NCBI RefSeq assembly: GCF_009914755.1
Contig: NC_060943.1
DNA length: 64,000 bases
Direction: 5' to 3' (one strand)
Source of the DNA: the human T2T-CHM13v2.0 reference genome, Homo sapiens
Below are positions 1-13,580 of the stretch, in pieces. The number at the start of each line of letters is the position of its first letter. The stretch's first letter is position 1. Position numbers and translations under genes: made by a program. Under the pieces are notes generated by a model. That model saw only the letters and a program-made list of their open reading frames with translations, was not told where the DNA came from and ran no database searches.

Positions 1-101
1 TGTGTGTATTCAACTCAGAGTTGAACGATCCTTTACACAGAGCAGACTTGAAACACTCTTTTTGTGGAATTTGCAAGTGGAGATTTCAGCCGCTTTGAGG
101 T

Positions 102-118
102 CAATGGTAGAATAGGAA
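102..118 (+). other. A-box / degenerate pJ-alpha site in the A-type monomer (first example; recurs every ~340 bp)
   Basis: CAATGGTAGAATAGGAA lies exactly 171 bp upstream of the CENP-B box, at the homologous position, and resembles the A-type consensus CTAYGGTGRAAAAGGAA with several mismatches. Confidence 0.65.
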
Positions 119-130
119 ATATCTTCCTAT
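112..130. repeat. Short perfect dyad ATAGGAA-ATATC-TTCCTAT (7-bp arms, 5-nt loop) overlapping the A-box, present in most dimer A monomers
   Basis: ATAGGAA is the reverse complement of TTCCTAT. The dyad is absent from the two divergent A monomers inside each hexamer island. Confidence 0.9.
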
Positions 131-272
131 AGAAACTAGACAGAATGATTCTCAGAAACTCCTTTGTGATGTGTGCGTTCAACTCACAGAGTTCAACCTT
201 TCTTTTCATAGAGCAGTTGGGAAACACTCTGTTTGTAAAGTCTGCAAGTGGATATTCAGACTTCTTTGAGGC

Positions 273-289
273 CTTCGTTGGAAGCGGGA
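273..289 (+). other. CENP-B box (first example; recurs every ~340 bp in the B-type monomer)
   Basis: CTTCGTTGGAAGCGGGA matches YTTCGTTGGAARCGGGA with the nine essential bases (TTCG....A..CGGG) intact. Common variants in the window are CTTCGTTGGAAGCGGGA, TTTCGTTGGAAACGGGA and CTTCGTTGGAAACGGGA. Confidence 0.96.
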
Positions 290-314
290 TTTCTTCATAT
301 TCTGCTAGACAGAA

Positions 315-654
315 GAATTCTCAGTAACTGCCTTGTGTTGTGTGTATTCAACTCACAGAGTTGAACGATCCTTTACACAGAGCAGACTTGAAACACTCTT
401 TTTGTGGAATTTGCAAGTGGAGATTTCAGCCGCTTTGAGGTCAATGGTAGAATAGGAAATATCTTCCTATAGAAACTAGACAGAATGATTCTCAGAAACT
501 CCTTTGTGATGTGTGCGTTCAACTCACAGAGTTTACCCTTTCTTTTCATAGAGCAGTTAGGAAACACTCTGTTTGTAAAGTCTGCAAGTGGATATTCAGA
601 CATCCTTGAGGCTTTCGTTGGAAACGGGATTTCTTCATATTCTGCCAGAAAGAA
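315..654 (+). repeat. Representative 340-bp dimer unit, EcoRI to EcoRI: A-type monomer 315-485 (171 bp) plus B-type monomer 486-654 (169 bp)
   Basis: GAATTC at 315 and 655. The two halves begin GAATTCTCAGTAACT and TGATTCTCAGAAACT and align with each other as divergent alphoid monomers. Confidence 0.95.
347..365. repeat. Short perfect dyad TTCAACTC-ACA-GAGTTGAA (8-bp arms, 3-nt loop), present in most A-type monomers
   Basis: The arms are exact reverse complements. The dyad is broken in TTGCAC and TTGAGC variant units, and the B monomer carries an imperfect version. Confidence 0.9.
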
Positions 655-3600
655 GAATTCTCAGTAACTTCCTTGTGTTGTGTGTATTCAACTCACAGAG
701 TTGAACGATCCTTTACACAGAGCAGACTTGAAACACTCTTTTTGTGGAATTTGCAAGTGGAGATTTCAGCCGCTTTGAGGTCAATGGTAGAATAGGAAAT
801 ATCTTCCTATAGAAACTAGACAGAATGATTCTCAGAAACTCCTTTGTGATGTGTGCGTTCAACTCACAGAGTTTAACCTTTCTTTTCATAGAGCAGTTAG
901 GAAACACTCTGTTTGTACAGTCTGCAAGTGGATATTCAGACATCCTTGAGGCTTTCGTTGGAAACGGGATTTCTTCATATTCTGCTAGAAAGAAGAATTC
1001 TCAGTAACTTCCTTGTGTTGTGTGTATTCAACTCACAGAGTTGAACGATCCTTTACACAGAGCAGACTTGAAACACTCTTTTTGTGGAATTTGCAAGTGG
1101 AGATTTCAGCCGCTGTGAGGTCAATGGTAGAATAGGACATATCTTCCTATAGAAACTAGACAGAATGATTCTCAGAAACTCCTTTGTGATGTGTGCGTTC
1201 AACTCACAGAGTTTAACCTTTCTTTTCATAGAGCAGTTGGGAAACACTCTGTTTGTAAAGTCTGCAAGTGGATATTCAGACATCCTTGAGGCTTTCGTTG
1301 GAAACGGGATTTCTTCATATTCTGCTAGAAAGAAGAATTCTCAGTAACTTCCTTGTGTTGTGTGTATTCAACTCACAGAGTTGAACGATCCTTTACACAG
1401 AGCAGACTTGAAACACTCTTTTTGTGGAATTTGCAAGTGGAGATTTCAGCCGCTTTGAGTTCAATGGTAGAATAGGAAATATCTTCCTATAGAAACTAGA
1501 CAGAATGATTCTCAGAAACTCCTTTGTGATGTGTGCGTTCAACTCACACAGTTTAACCTTTCTTTTCATAGAGCAGTTAGGAAACACTCTGTTTGTAAAG
1601 TCTGCAAGTGGATATTCAGACCTCCTTGAGGCCTTCGTTGGAAACGGGATTTCTTCATAGTATGCTAGACAGAAGAATTCTCAGTAACTTCCTTGTGTTG
1701 TGTGTATTCAACTCACAGAGTTGAACGATCCTTTACACAGAGCAGACTTGAAACACTCCTTTTGTGGAATTTGCAAGTGGAGATTTCAGCCGCTTTGAGT
1801 TCAATGGTAGAATAGGAAATATCTTCCTATAGAAACTAGACAGAATGATTCTCAGAAACTCCTTTGTGATGTGTGCGTTCAACTCACAGAGTTCAACCTT
1901 TCTTTTCATAGAGCAGTTGGGAAACACTCTGTTTGTAAAGTCTGCAAGTGGATATTCAGACTTCTTTGAGGCCTTCGTTGGAAGCGGGATTTCTTCATAT
2001 TCTGCTAGACAGAAGAATTCTCAGAAACTTCCTTGTGTTGTGTGTTTTCAACTCACAGAGTTGAACGATCCTTTACACAGAGCAGACTTGAAACACTCCT
2101 TTTGTGGAATTTGCAAGTGGAGATTTCAGCCGCTTTGAGGTCAATGGTAGAATAGGAAATATCTTCCTATAGAAAGTAGACAGAATGATTCTCAGAAACT
2201 CCTTTGTGATGTGTGCGTTCAACTCACAGAGTTTAACCTTTCTTTTCATAGAGCAGTTAGGAAACACTCTGTTTGTAAAGTCTGCAAGTGGATATTCAGA
2301 CCTCCTTGAGGCCTTCGTTGGAAACGGGATTTCTTCATATTATGCTAGACAGAAGAATTCTCAGTAACTTCCTTGTGTTGTGTGTATTCAACTCACAGAG
2401 TTGAACGATCCTTTACACAGAGCAGACTTGAAACACTCTTTTTGTGGAATTTGCAAGTGGAGATTTCAGCCGCTTTGAGTTCAATGGTAGAATAGGAAAT
2501 ATCTTCCTATAGAAACTAGACAGAATGATTCTCAGAAACTCCTTTGTGATGTGTGCGTTCAACTCACAGAGTTTAACCTTTCTTTTCATAGAGCAGTTAG
2601 GAAACACTCTGTTTGTAAAGTCTGCAAGTGGATATTCAGACATCCTTGAGGCTTTCGTTGGAAACGGGATTTCTTCATATTCTGCTAGAAAGAAGAATTC
2701 TCAGTAACTTCCTTGTGTTGTGTGTATTCAACTCACAGAGTTGAACGATCCTTTACACAGAGCAGACTTGAAACACTCCTTTTGTGGAATTTGCAAGTGG
2801 AGATTTCAGCCGCTTTGAGGTCAATGGTAGAATAGGAAATATCTTCCTATAGAAACTAGACAGAATGATTCTCAGAAACTCCTTTGTGATGTGTGCGTTC
2901 AACTCACAGAGTTTAACCTTTCTTTTCATAGAGCAGTTGGGAAACACTCTGTTTGTAAAGTCTGCAAGTGGATATTCCGACATCCTTGAGGCTTTCGTTG
3001 GAAACGGGATTTCTTCATATTCTGCTAGAAAGAAGAATTCTCAGTAACTTCCTTGTGTTGTGTGTATTCAACTCACAGAGTTGAACGATCCTTTACACAG
3101 AGCAGACTTGAAACACTCTTTTTGTGGAATTTGCAAGTGGAGATTTCAGCCGCTTTGAGGTCAATGGTAGAATAGGAAATATCTTCCTATAGAAACTAGA
3201 CAGAATGATTCTCAGAAACTCCTTTGTGATGTGTGCGTTCAACTCACAGAGTTTAACCTTTCTTTTCATAGAGCAGTTAGGAAACACTCTGTTTGTAAAG
3301 TCTGCAAGTGGATATTCAGACATCCTTGAGGCTTTCGTTGTAAACGGGATTTCTTCATATTCTGCTAGAAAGAAGAATTCTCAGTAACTTCCTTGTGTTG
3401 TGTGTATTCAACTCACAGAGTTGAACGATCCTTTACACAGAGCAGACTTGAAACACTCCTTTTGTGGAATTTGCAAGTGGAGATTTCAGCCGCTTTGAGG
3501 TCAATGGTAGAATAGGAAATATCTTCCTATAGAAACTAGACAGAATGATTCTCAGAAACTCCTTTGTGATGTGTGCGTTCAACTCACAGAGTTCAACCTT

Positions 3601-3779
3601 TCTTTTCATAGAGCAGTTGGGAAACACTCTGTTTGTAAAGTCTGCAAGTGGATATTCAGACTTCTTTGAGGCCTTCGTTGGAAGCGGGATTTCTTCATAT
3701 TCTGCTAGACAGAAGAATTCTCAGTAACTTCCTTGTGTTGTGTGTATTCAACTCACAGAGTTGAACGATCCTTTACACA

Positions 3780-6700
3780 GAGCAGACTTGAAACACTCTT
3801 TTTGTGGAATTTGCAAGTGGAGATTTCAGCCGCTTTGAGGTCAATGGTAGAATAGGAAATATCTTCCTATAGAAACTAGACAGAATGATTCTCAGAAACT
3901 CCTTTGTGATGTGTGCGTTCAACTCACAGAGTTTAACCTTTCTTTTCATAGAGCAGTTAGGAAACACTCTGTTTGTAAAGTCTGCAAGTGGATATTCAGA
4001 CATCCTTGAGGCTTTCGTTGGAAACGGGATTTCTTCATATTCTGCTAGAAAGAAGAATTCTCAGTAACTTCCTTGTGTTGTGTGTATTCAACTCACAGAG
4101 TTGAACGATCCTTTACACAGAGCAGACTTGAAACACTCCTTTTGTGGAATTTGCAAGTGGAGATTTCAGCCGCTTTGAGGTCAATGGTAGAATAGGAAAT
4201 ATCTTCCTATAGAAACTAGACAGAATGATTCTCAGAAACTCCTTTGTGATGTGTGCGTTCAACTCACAGAGTTTAACCTTTCTTTTCATAGAGCAGTTGG
4301 GAAACACTCTGTTTGTAAAGTCTGCAAGTGGATATTCAGACATCCTTGAGGCTTTCGTTGGAAACGGGATTTCTTCATATTCTGCTAGAAAGAAGAATTC
4401 TCAGTAACTTCCTTGTGTTGTGTGTATTCAACTCACAGAGTTGCACGATCCTTTACACAGAGCAGACTTGAAACACTCTTTTTGTGGAATTTGCAAGTGG
4501 AGATTTCAGCCGCTTTGAGGTCAATGGTAGAATAGGAAATATCTTCCTATAGAAACTAGACAGAATGATTCTCAGAAACTTCTTTGTGATGTGTGCGTTC
4601 AACTCACAGAGTTTAACCTTTCTTTTCATAGAGCAGTTAGGAAACACTCTGTTTGTAAAGTCTGCAAGTGGATATTCAGACCTCCTTGAGGCCTTCGTTG
4701 GAAGCGGGATTTCTTCATGTTCTGCTAGACAGAAGAATTCTCAGAAACTTCCTTGTGTTGTGTGTTTTCAACTCACAGAGTTGAACGATCCTTTACACAG
4801 AGCAGACTTGAAACACTCCTTTTGTGGAATTTGCAAGTGGAGATTTCAGCCGCTTTGAGGTCAATGGTAGAATAGGAAATATCTTCCTATAGAAAGTAGA
4901 CAGAATGATTCTCAGAAACTCCTTTGTGATGTGTGCGTTCAACTCACAGAGTTTAACCTTTCTTTTCATAGAGCAGTTAGGAAACACTCTGTTTGTAAAG
5001 TCTGCAAGTGGATATTCTGACCTCCTTGAGGCCTTCGTTGGAAGCGGGATTTCTTCATGTTCTGCTAGACAGAAGAATTCTCAGAAACTTCCTTGTGTTG
5101 TGTGTTTTCAACTCACAGAGTTGAACGATCCTTTACACAGAGCAGACTTGAAACACTCCTTTTCTGGAATTTGCAAGTGGAGATTTCAGCCGCTTTGAGG
5201 TCAATGGTAGAATAGGAAATATCTTCCTATAGAAACTAGACAGAATGATTCTGAGAAATCCTTTGTGATGTGTGCGTTCAACTCACAGAGTTTAACCTTT
5301 CTTTTCATAGAGCAGTTAGGAAACACTCTGTTTGTAAAGTCTGCAAGTGGATATTCAGACCTCCTTGAGGCCTTCGTTGGAAACGGGATTTGTTCATATT
5401 ATGCTAGACAGAGGAATTCTCAGGAACTTCCTTGTGTTGTGTGTATTCAACTCACAGAGTTGAACGATCCTTTACACAGAGCAGACTTGAAACACTCTTT
5501 TGGTGGAATTTGCAAGTGGAGATTTCAGCCGCTTTGAGTTCAATGGTAGAATAGGAAATATCTTCCTATAGAAACTACACAGAATGATTCTCAGAAACTG
5601 CTTTGTGATGTGTGCGTTCAACTCACAGAGTTCAACCTTTCTTTTCATAGAGCAGTTGGGAAACACTCTGTTTGTAAAGTCTGCAAGTGGATATTCAGAC
5701 TTCTTTGAGGCCTTCGTTGGAAGCGGGATTTCTTCATGTTCTGCTAGACAGAAGAATTCTCAGAAACTTCCTTGTGTTGTGTGTTTTCAACTCACAGAGT
5801 TGAACGATCCTTTACACAGAGCAGACTTGAAACACTCCTTTTGTGGAATTTGCAAGTGGAGATTTCAGCCGCTTTGAGGTCAATGGTAGAATAGGAAATA
5901 TCTTCCTATAGAAAGTAGACAGAATGATTCTCAGAAACTCCTTTGTGATGTGTGCGTTCAACTCACAGAGTTTAACCTTTCTTTTCATAGAGCAGTTAGG
6001 AAACACTCTGTTTGTAAAGTCTGCAAGTGGATATTCAGACCTCCTTGAGGCCTTCGTTGGAAACGGGATTTCTTCATATTATGCTAGACAGAAGAATTCT
6101 GAGTAACTTCCTTGTGTTGTGTGTATTCAACTCACAGAGTTGAACGATCCTTTACACAGAGCAGACTTGAAACACTCTTTTTGTGGAATTTGCAAGTGGA
6201 GATTTCAGCCGCTGTGAGTTCAATGGTAGAATAGGAAATATCTTCCTATAGAAACTAGACAGAATGATTCTCAGAAACTCCTTTGTGATGTGTGCCTTCA
6301 ACTCACAGAGTTCAACCTTTCTTTTCATAGAGCAGTTGGGAAACACTCTGTTTGTAAAGTCTGCAAGTGGATATTCAGACTTTGAGGCCTTCGTTGGAAG
6401 CGGGATTTCTTCATATTCTGCTAGACAGAAGAATTCTCAGTAACTGCCTTGTGTTGTGTGTATTCAACTCACAGAGTTGAACGATCCTTTACACAGAGCA
6501 GACTTGAAACACTCTTTTTGTGGAATTTGCAAGTGGAGATTTCAGCCGCTTTGAGGTCAATGGTAGAATAGGAAATATCTTCCTATAGAAACTAGACAGA
6601 ATGATTCTCAGAAACTCCTTTGTGATGTGTGCGTTCAACTCACAGAGTTTAACCTTTCTTTTCATAGAGCAGTTAGGAAACACTCTGTTTGTAAAGTCTG

Positions 6701-9700
6701 CAAGTGGATATTCAGACATCCTTGAGGCTTTCGTTGGAAACGGGATTTCTTCATATTCTGCTAGAAAGAAGAATTCTCAGTAACTTCCTTGTGTTGTGTG
6801 TATTCAACTCACAGAGTTGAACGATCCTTTACACAGAGCAGACTTGAAACACTCCTTTTGTGGAATTTGCAAGTGGAGATTTCAGCCGCTTTGAGGTCAA
6901 TGGTAGAATAGGAAATATCTTCCTATAGAAACTAGACAGAATGATTCTCAGAAACTCCTTTGTGATGTGTGCGTTCAACTCACAGAGTTTAACCTTTCTT
7001 TTCATAGAGCAGTTAGGAAACACTCTGTTTGTAAAGTCTGCAAGTGGATATTCAGACATCCTTGAGGCTTTCGTTGGAAACGGGATTTCTTCATATTCTG
7101 CTAGAAAGAAGAATTCTCAGTAACTTCCTTGTGTTGTGTGTATTCAACTCACAGAGTTGCACGATCCTTTACACAGAGCAGACTTGAAACACTCTTTTTG
7201 TGGAATTTGCAAGTGGAGATTTCAGCCGCTTTGAGGTCAATGGTAGAATAGGAAATATCTTCCTATAGAAACTAGACAGAATGATTCTCAGAAACTCCTT
7301 TGTGATGTGTGCGTTCAACTCACAGAGTTTAACCTTTCTTTTCATAGAGCAGTTAGGAAACACTCTGTTTGTAAAGTCTGCAAGTGGATATTCAGACATC
7401 CTTGAGGCTTTCGTTGGAAACGGGATTTCTTCATATTCTGCTAGAAAGAAGAATTCTCAGTAACTTCCTTGTGTTGTGTGTATTCAACTCACAGAGTTGA
7501 ACGATCCTTTACACAGAGCAGACTTGAAACACTCCTTTTGTGGAATTTGCAAGTGGAGATTTCAGCCGCTTTGAGGTCAATGGTAGAATAGGAAATATCT
7601 TCCTATAGAAACTAGACAGAATGATTCTCAGAAACTCCTTTGTGATGTGTGCGTTCAACTCACAGAGTTTAACCTTTCTTTTCATAGAGCAGTTGGGAAA
7701 CACTCTGTTTGTAAAGTCTGCAAGTGGATATTCAGACATCCTTGAGGCTTTCGTTGGAAACGGGATTTCTTCATATTCTGCTAGAAAGAAGAATTCTCAG
7801 TAACTTCCTTGTGTTGTGTGTATTCAACTCACAGAGTTGCACGATCCTTTACACAGAGCAGACTTGAAACACTCTTTTTGTGGAATTTGCAAGTGGAGAT
7901 TTCAGCCGCTTTGAGGTCAATGGTAGAATAGGAAATATCTTCCTATAGAAACTAGACAGAATGATTCTCAGAAACTTCTTTGTGATGTGTGCGTTCAACT
8001 CACAGAGTTTAACCTTTCTTTTCATAGAGCAGTTAGGAAACACTCTGTTTGTAAAGTCTGCAAGTGGATATTCAGACCTCCTTGAGGCCTTCGTTGGAAG
8101 CGGGATTTCTTCATGTTCTGCTAGACAGAAGAATTCTCAGAAACTTCCTTGTGTTGTGTGTTTTCAACTCACAGAGTTGAACGATCCTTTACACAGAGCA
8201 GACTTGAAACACTCCTTTTGTGGAATTTGCAAGTGGAGATTTCAGCCGCTTTGAGGTCAATGGTAGAATAGGAAATATCTTCCTATAGAAAGTAGACAGA
8301 ATGATTCTCAGAAACTCCTTTGTGATGTGTGCGTTCAACTCACAGAGTTTAACCTTTCTTTTCATAGAGCAGTTAGGAAACACTCTGTTTGTAAAGTCTG
8401 CAAGTGGATATTCTGACCTCCTTGAGGCCTTCGTTGGAAGCGGGATTTCTTCATGTTCTGCTAGACAGAAGAATTCTCAGAAACTTCCTTGTGTTGTGTG
8501 TTTTCAACTCACAGAGTTGAACGATCCTTTACCCAGAGCAGACTTGAAACACTCCTTTTGTGGAATTTGCAAGTGGAGATTTCAGCCGCTTTGAGGTCAA
8601 TGGTAGAATAGGAAATATCTTCCTATAGAAACTAGACAGAATGATTCTGAGAAATCCTTTGTGATGTGTGCGTTCAACTCACAGAGTTTAACCTTTCTTT
8701 TCATAGAGCAGTTAGGAAACACTCTGTTTGTAAAGTCTGCAAGTGGATATTCAGACCTCCTTGAGGCCTTCGTTGGAAACGGGATTTGTTCATATTATGC
8801 TAGACAGAGGAATTCTCAGGAACTTCCTTGTGTTGTGTGTATTCAACTCACAGAGTTGAACGATCCTTTACACAGAGCAGACTTGAAACACTCTTTTGGT
8901 GGAATTTGCAAGTGGAGATTTCAGCCGCTTTGAGTTCAATGGTAGAATAGGAAATATCTTCCTATAGAAACTACACAGAATGATTCTCAGAAACTGCTTT
9001 GTGATGTGTGCGTTCAACTCACAGAGTTCAACCTTTCTTTTCATAGAGCAGTTGGGAAACACTCTGTTTGTAAAGTCTGCAAGTGGATATTCAGACTTCT
9101 TTGAGGCCTTCGTTGGAAGCGGGATTTCTTCATGTTCTGCTAGACAGAAGAATTCTCAGAAACTTCCTTGTGTTGTGTGTTTTCAACTCACAGAGTTGAA
9201 CGATCCTTTACACAGAGCAGACTTGAAACACTCCTTTTGTGGAATTTGCAAGTGGAGATTTCAGCCGCTTTGAGGTCAATGGTAGAATAGGAAATATCTT
9301 CCTATAGAAAGTAGACAGAATGATTCTCAGAAACTCCTTTGTGATGTGTGCATTCAACTCACAGAGTTTAACCTTTCTTTTCATAGAGCAGTTAGGAAAC
9401 ACTCTGTTTGTAAAGTCTGCAAGTGGATATTCAGACCTCCTTGAGGCCTTCGTTGGAAACGGGATTTCTTCATATTATGCTAGACAGAAGAATTCTCAGT
9501 AACTTCCTTGTGTTGTGTGTATTCAACTCACAGAGTTGAACGATCCTTTACACAGAGCAGACTTGAAACACTCTTTTTGTGGAATTTGCAAGTGGAGATT
9601 TCAGCCGCTGTGAGTTCAATGGTAGAATAGGAAATATCTTCCTATAGAAACTAGACAGAATGATTCTCAGAAACTCCTTTGTGATGTGTGCGTTCAACTC

Positions 9701-9750
9701 ACAGAGTTCAACCTTTCTTTTCATAGAGCAGTTGGGAAACACTCTGTTTG
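3780..9750 (+). repeat. Local duplication, offset 3396 bp (10 dimers minus 4 bp): ~3780-6350 repeated at ~7176-9750
   Basis: Rare markers in the same order: GATATTCTGA, CTGAGAAATC (5253/8649), GGGATTTGTT, TTTTGGTGGAA, ACTACAC, CGCTGTGAGTT. Confidence 0.85.
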
Positions 9751-10189
9751 TAAAGTCTGCAAGTGGATATTCAGACTTCTTTGAGGCCTTCGTTGGAAGC
9801 GGGATTTCTTCATATTCTGCTAGACAGAAGAATTCTCAGTAACTTCCTTGTGTTGTGTGTATTCAACTCACAGAGTTGAACGATCCTTTACACAGAGCAG
9901 ACTTGAAACACTCTTTTTGTGGAATTTGCAAGTGGAGATTTCAGCCGCTTTGAGGTCAATGGTAGAATAGGAAATATCTTCCTATAGAAACTAGACAGAA
10001 TGATTCTCAGAAACTCCTTTGTGATGTGTGCGTTCAACTCACAGAGTTTAACCTTTCTTTTCATAGAGCAGTTAGGAAACACTCTGTTTGTAAAGTCTGC
10101 AAGTGGATATTCAGACCTCCTTGAGGCCTTCGTTGGAAACGGGATTTCTTCATATTATGCTAGACAGAAGAATTCTCAGTAACTTCCTT

Positions 10190-13100
10190 GTGTTGTGTGT
10201 ATTCAACTCACAGAGTTGAACGATCCTTTACACAGAGCAGACTTGAAACACTCTTTTTGTGGAATTTGCAAGTGGAGATTTCAGCCGCTTTGAGGTCAAT
10301 GGTAGAATAGGAAATATCTTCCTATAGAAACTAGACAGAATGATTCTCAGAAACTCCTTTGTGATGTGTGCGTTCAACTCACAGAGTTCAACCTTTTTTT
10401 CATAGAGCAGTTGGGAAACACTCTGTTTGTAAAGTCTGCAAGTGGATATTCAGACTTCTTTGAGGCCTTCGTTGGAAGCGGGATTTCTTCATATTCTGCT
10501 AGACAGAAGAATTCTCAGTAACTGCCTTGTGTTGTGTGTATTCAACTCACAGAGTTGAACGATCCTTTACACAGAGCAGACTTGAAACACTCTTTTTGTG
10601 GAATTTGCAAGTGGAGATTTCAGCCGCTTTGAGGTCAATGGTAGAATAGGAAATATCTTCCTATAGAAACTAGACAGAATGATTCTCAGAAACTCCTTTG
10701 TGATGTGTGCGTTCAACTCACAGAGTTTAACCTTTCTTTTCATAGAGCAGTTAGGAAACACTCTGTAAAGTCTGCAAGTGGATATTCAGACATCCTTGAG
10801 GCTTTCGTTGGAAACGGGATTTCCTCATATTCTGCTAGAAAGAAGAATTCTCAGTAACTTCCTTGTGTTGTGTGTATTCAACTCACAGAGTTGAACGATC
10901 CTTTACACAGAGCAGACTTGAAACACTCTTTTTGTGGAATTTGCAAGTGGAGATTTCAGCCGCTTTGAGGTCAATGGTAGAATAGGAAATATCTTCCTAT
11001 AGAAACTAGACAGAATGATTCTCAGAAACTCCTTTGTGATGTGTGCGTTCAACTCACAGAGTTTAACCTTTCTTTTCATAGAGCAGTTGGGAAACACTCT
11101 GTTTGTAAAGTCTGCAAGTAGATATTCAGACATCCTTGAGGCTTTCGTTGGAAACGGGATTTCTTCATATTCTGCTAGAAAGAAGAATTCTCAGTAACTT
11201 CCTTGTGTTGTGTGTATTCAACTCACAGAGTTGAACGATCCTTTACACAGAGCAGACTTGAAACACTCTTTTTGTGGAATTTGCAAGTGGAGATTTCAGC
11301 CGCTTTGAGGTCAATGGTAGAATAGGAAATATCTTCCTATAGAAACTAGACAGAATGATTCTCAGAAACTCCTTTGTGATGTGTGCGTTCAACTCACAGA
11401 GTTTAACCTTTCTTTTCATAGAGCAGTTGGGAAACACTCTGTTTGTAAAGTCTGCAAGTGGATATTCAGACATCCTTGAGGCTTTCGTTGGAAAAGGGAT
11501 TTCTTCATATTCTGCTAGAAAGAAGAATTCTCAGTAACTTCCTTGTGTTGTGTGTATTCAACTCACAGAGTTGAACGATCCTTTACACAGAGCAGACTTG
11601 AAACACTCTTTTTGTGGAATTTGCAAGTGGAGATTTCAGCCGCTTTGAGGTCAATGGTAGAATAGGAAATATCTTCCTATAGAAACTAGACAGAATGATT
11701 CTCAGAAACTCCTTTGTGATGTGTGCGTTCAACTCACAGAGTTTACCCTTTCTTTTCATAGAGCAGTTAGGAAACACTCTGTTTGTAAAGTCTGCAAGTG
11801 GATATTCAGACATCCTTGAGGCTTTCGTTGGAAACGGGATTTCTTCATATTCTGCCAGAAAGAAGAATTCTCAGTAACTTCCTTGTGTTGTGTGTATTCA
11901 ACTCACAGAGTTGAACGATCCTTTACACAGAGCAGACTTGAAACACTCTTTTTGTGGAATTTGCAAGTGGAGATTTCAGCCGCTTTGAGGTCAATGGTAG
12001 AATAGGAAATATCTTCCTATAGAAACTAGACAGAATGATTCTCAGAAACTCCTTTGTGATGTGTGCGTTCAACTCACAGAGTTCAACCTTTTTTTCATAG
12101 AGCAGTTGGGAAACACTCTGTTTGTAAAGTCTGCAAGTGGATATTCAGACTTCTTTGAGGCCTTCGTTGGAAGCGGGATTTCTTCATATTCTGCTAGACA
12201 GAAGAATTCTCAGTAACTGCCTTGTGTTGTGTGTATTCAACTCACAGAGTTGAACGATCCTTTACACAGAGCAGACTTGAAACACTCTTTTTGTGGAATT
12301 TGCAAGTGGAGATTTCAGCCGCTTTGAGGTCAATGGTAGAATAGGAAATATCTTCCTATAGAAACTAGACAGAATGATTCTCAGAAACTCCTTTGTGATG
12401 TGTGCGTTCAACTCACAGAGTTTAACCTTTCTTTTCATAGAGCAGTTAGGAAACACTCTGTAAAGTCTGCAAGTGGATATTCAGACATCCTTGAGGCTTT
12501 CGTTGGAAACGGGATTTCTTCATATTCTGCTAGAAAGAAGAATTCTCAGTAACTTCCTTGTGTTGTGTGTATTCAACTCACAGAGTTGAACGATCCTTTA
12601 CACAGAGCAGACTTGAAACACTCTTTTTGTGGAATTTGCAAGTGGAGATTTCAGCCGCTTTGAGGTCAATGGTAGAATAGGAAATATCTTCCTATAGAAA
12701 CTAGACAGAATGATTCTCAGAAACTCCTTTGTGATGTGTGCGTTCAACTCACAGAGTTTAACCTTTCTTTTCATAGAGCAGTTGGGAAACACTCTGTTTG
12801 TAAAGTCTGCAAGTAGATATTCAGACATCCTTGAGGCTTTCGTTGGAAACGGGATTTCTTCATATTCTGCTAGAAAGAAGAATTCTCAGTAACTTCCTTG
12901 TGTTGTGTGTATTCAACTCACAGAGTTGAACGATCCTTTACACAGAGCAGACTTGAAACACTCTTTTTGTGGAATTTGCAAGTGGAGATTTCAGCCGCTT
13001 TGAGGTCAATGGTAGAATAGGAAATATCTTCCTATAGAAACTAGACAGAATGATTCTCAGAAACTCCTTTGTGATGTGTGCGTTCAACTCACAGAGTTTA

Positions 13101-13580
13101 ACCTTTCTTTTCATAGAGCAGTTGGGAAACACTCTGTTTGTAAAGTCTGCAAGTGGATATTCAGACATCCTTGAGGCTTTCGTTGGAAAAGGGATTTCTT
13201 CATATTCTGCTAGAAAGAAGAATTCTCAGTAACTTCCTTGTGTTGTGTGTATTCAACTCACAGAGTTGAACGATCCTTTACACAGAGCAGACTTGAAACA
13301 CTCTTTTTGTGGAATTTGCAAGTGGAGATTTCAGCCGCTTTGAGGTCAGTGGTAGAATAGGAAATATCTTCCTATAGAAACTAGACAGAATGATTCTCAG
13401 AAACTCCTTTGTGATGTGTGCGTTCAACTCACAGAGTTTACCCTTTCTTTTCATAGAGCAGTTAGGAAACACTCTGTTTGTAAAGTCTGCAAGTGGATAT
13501 TCAGACATCCTTGAGGCTTTCGTTGGAAACGGGATTTCTTCATATTCTGCCAGAAAGAAGAATTCTCAGTAACTTCCTTG
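10190..13580 (+). repeat. Tandem duplication of a 5-dimer block, period 1695 bp
   Basis: A 1-bp deletion (ACCTTTTTTTCAT), a 4-bp deletion (10765/12460), AAGTAGA (11120/12815), a mutated CENP-B box (11495/13190), TTACCC and GCCAGA all recur at +1695. Confidence 0.9.
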
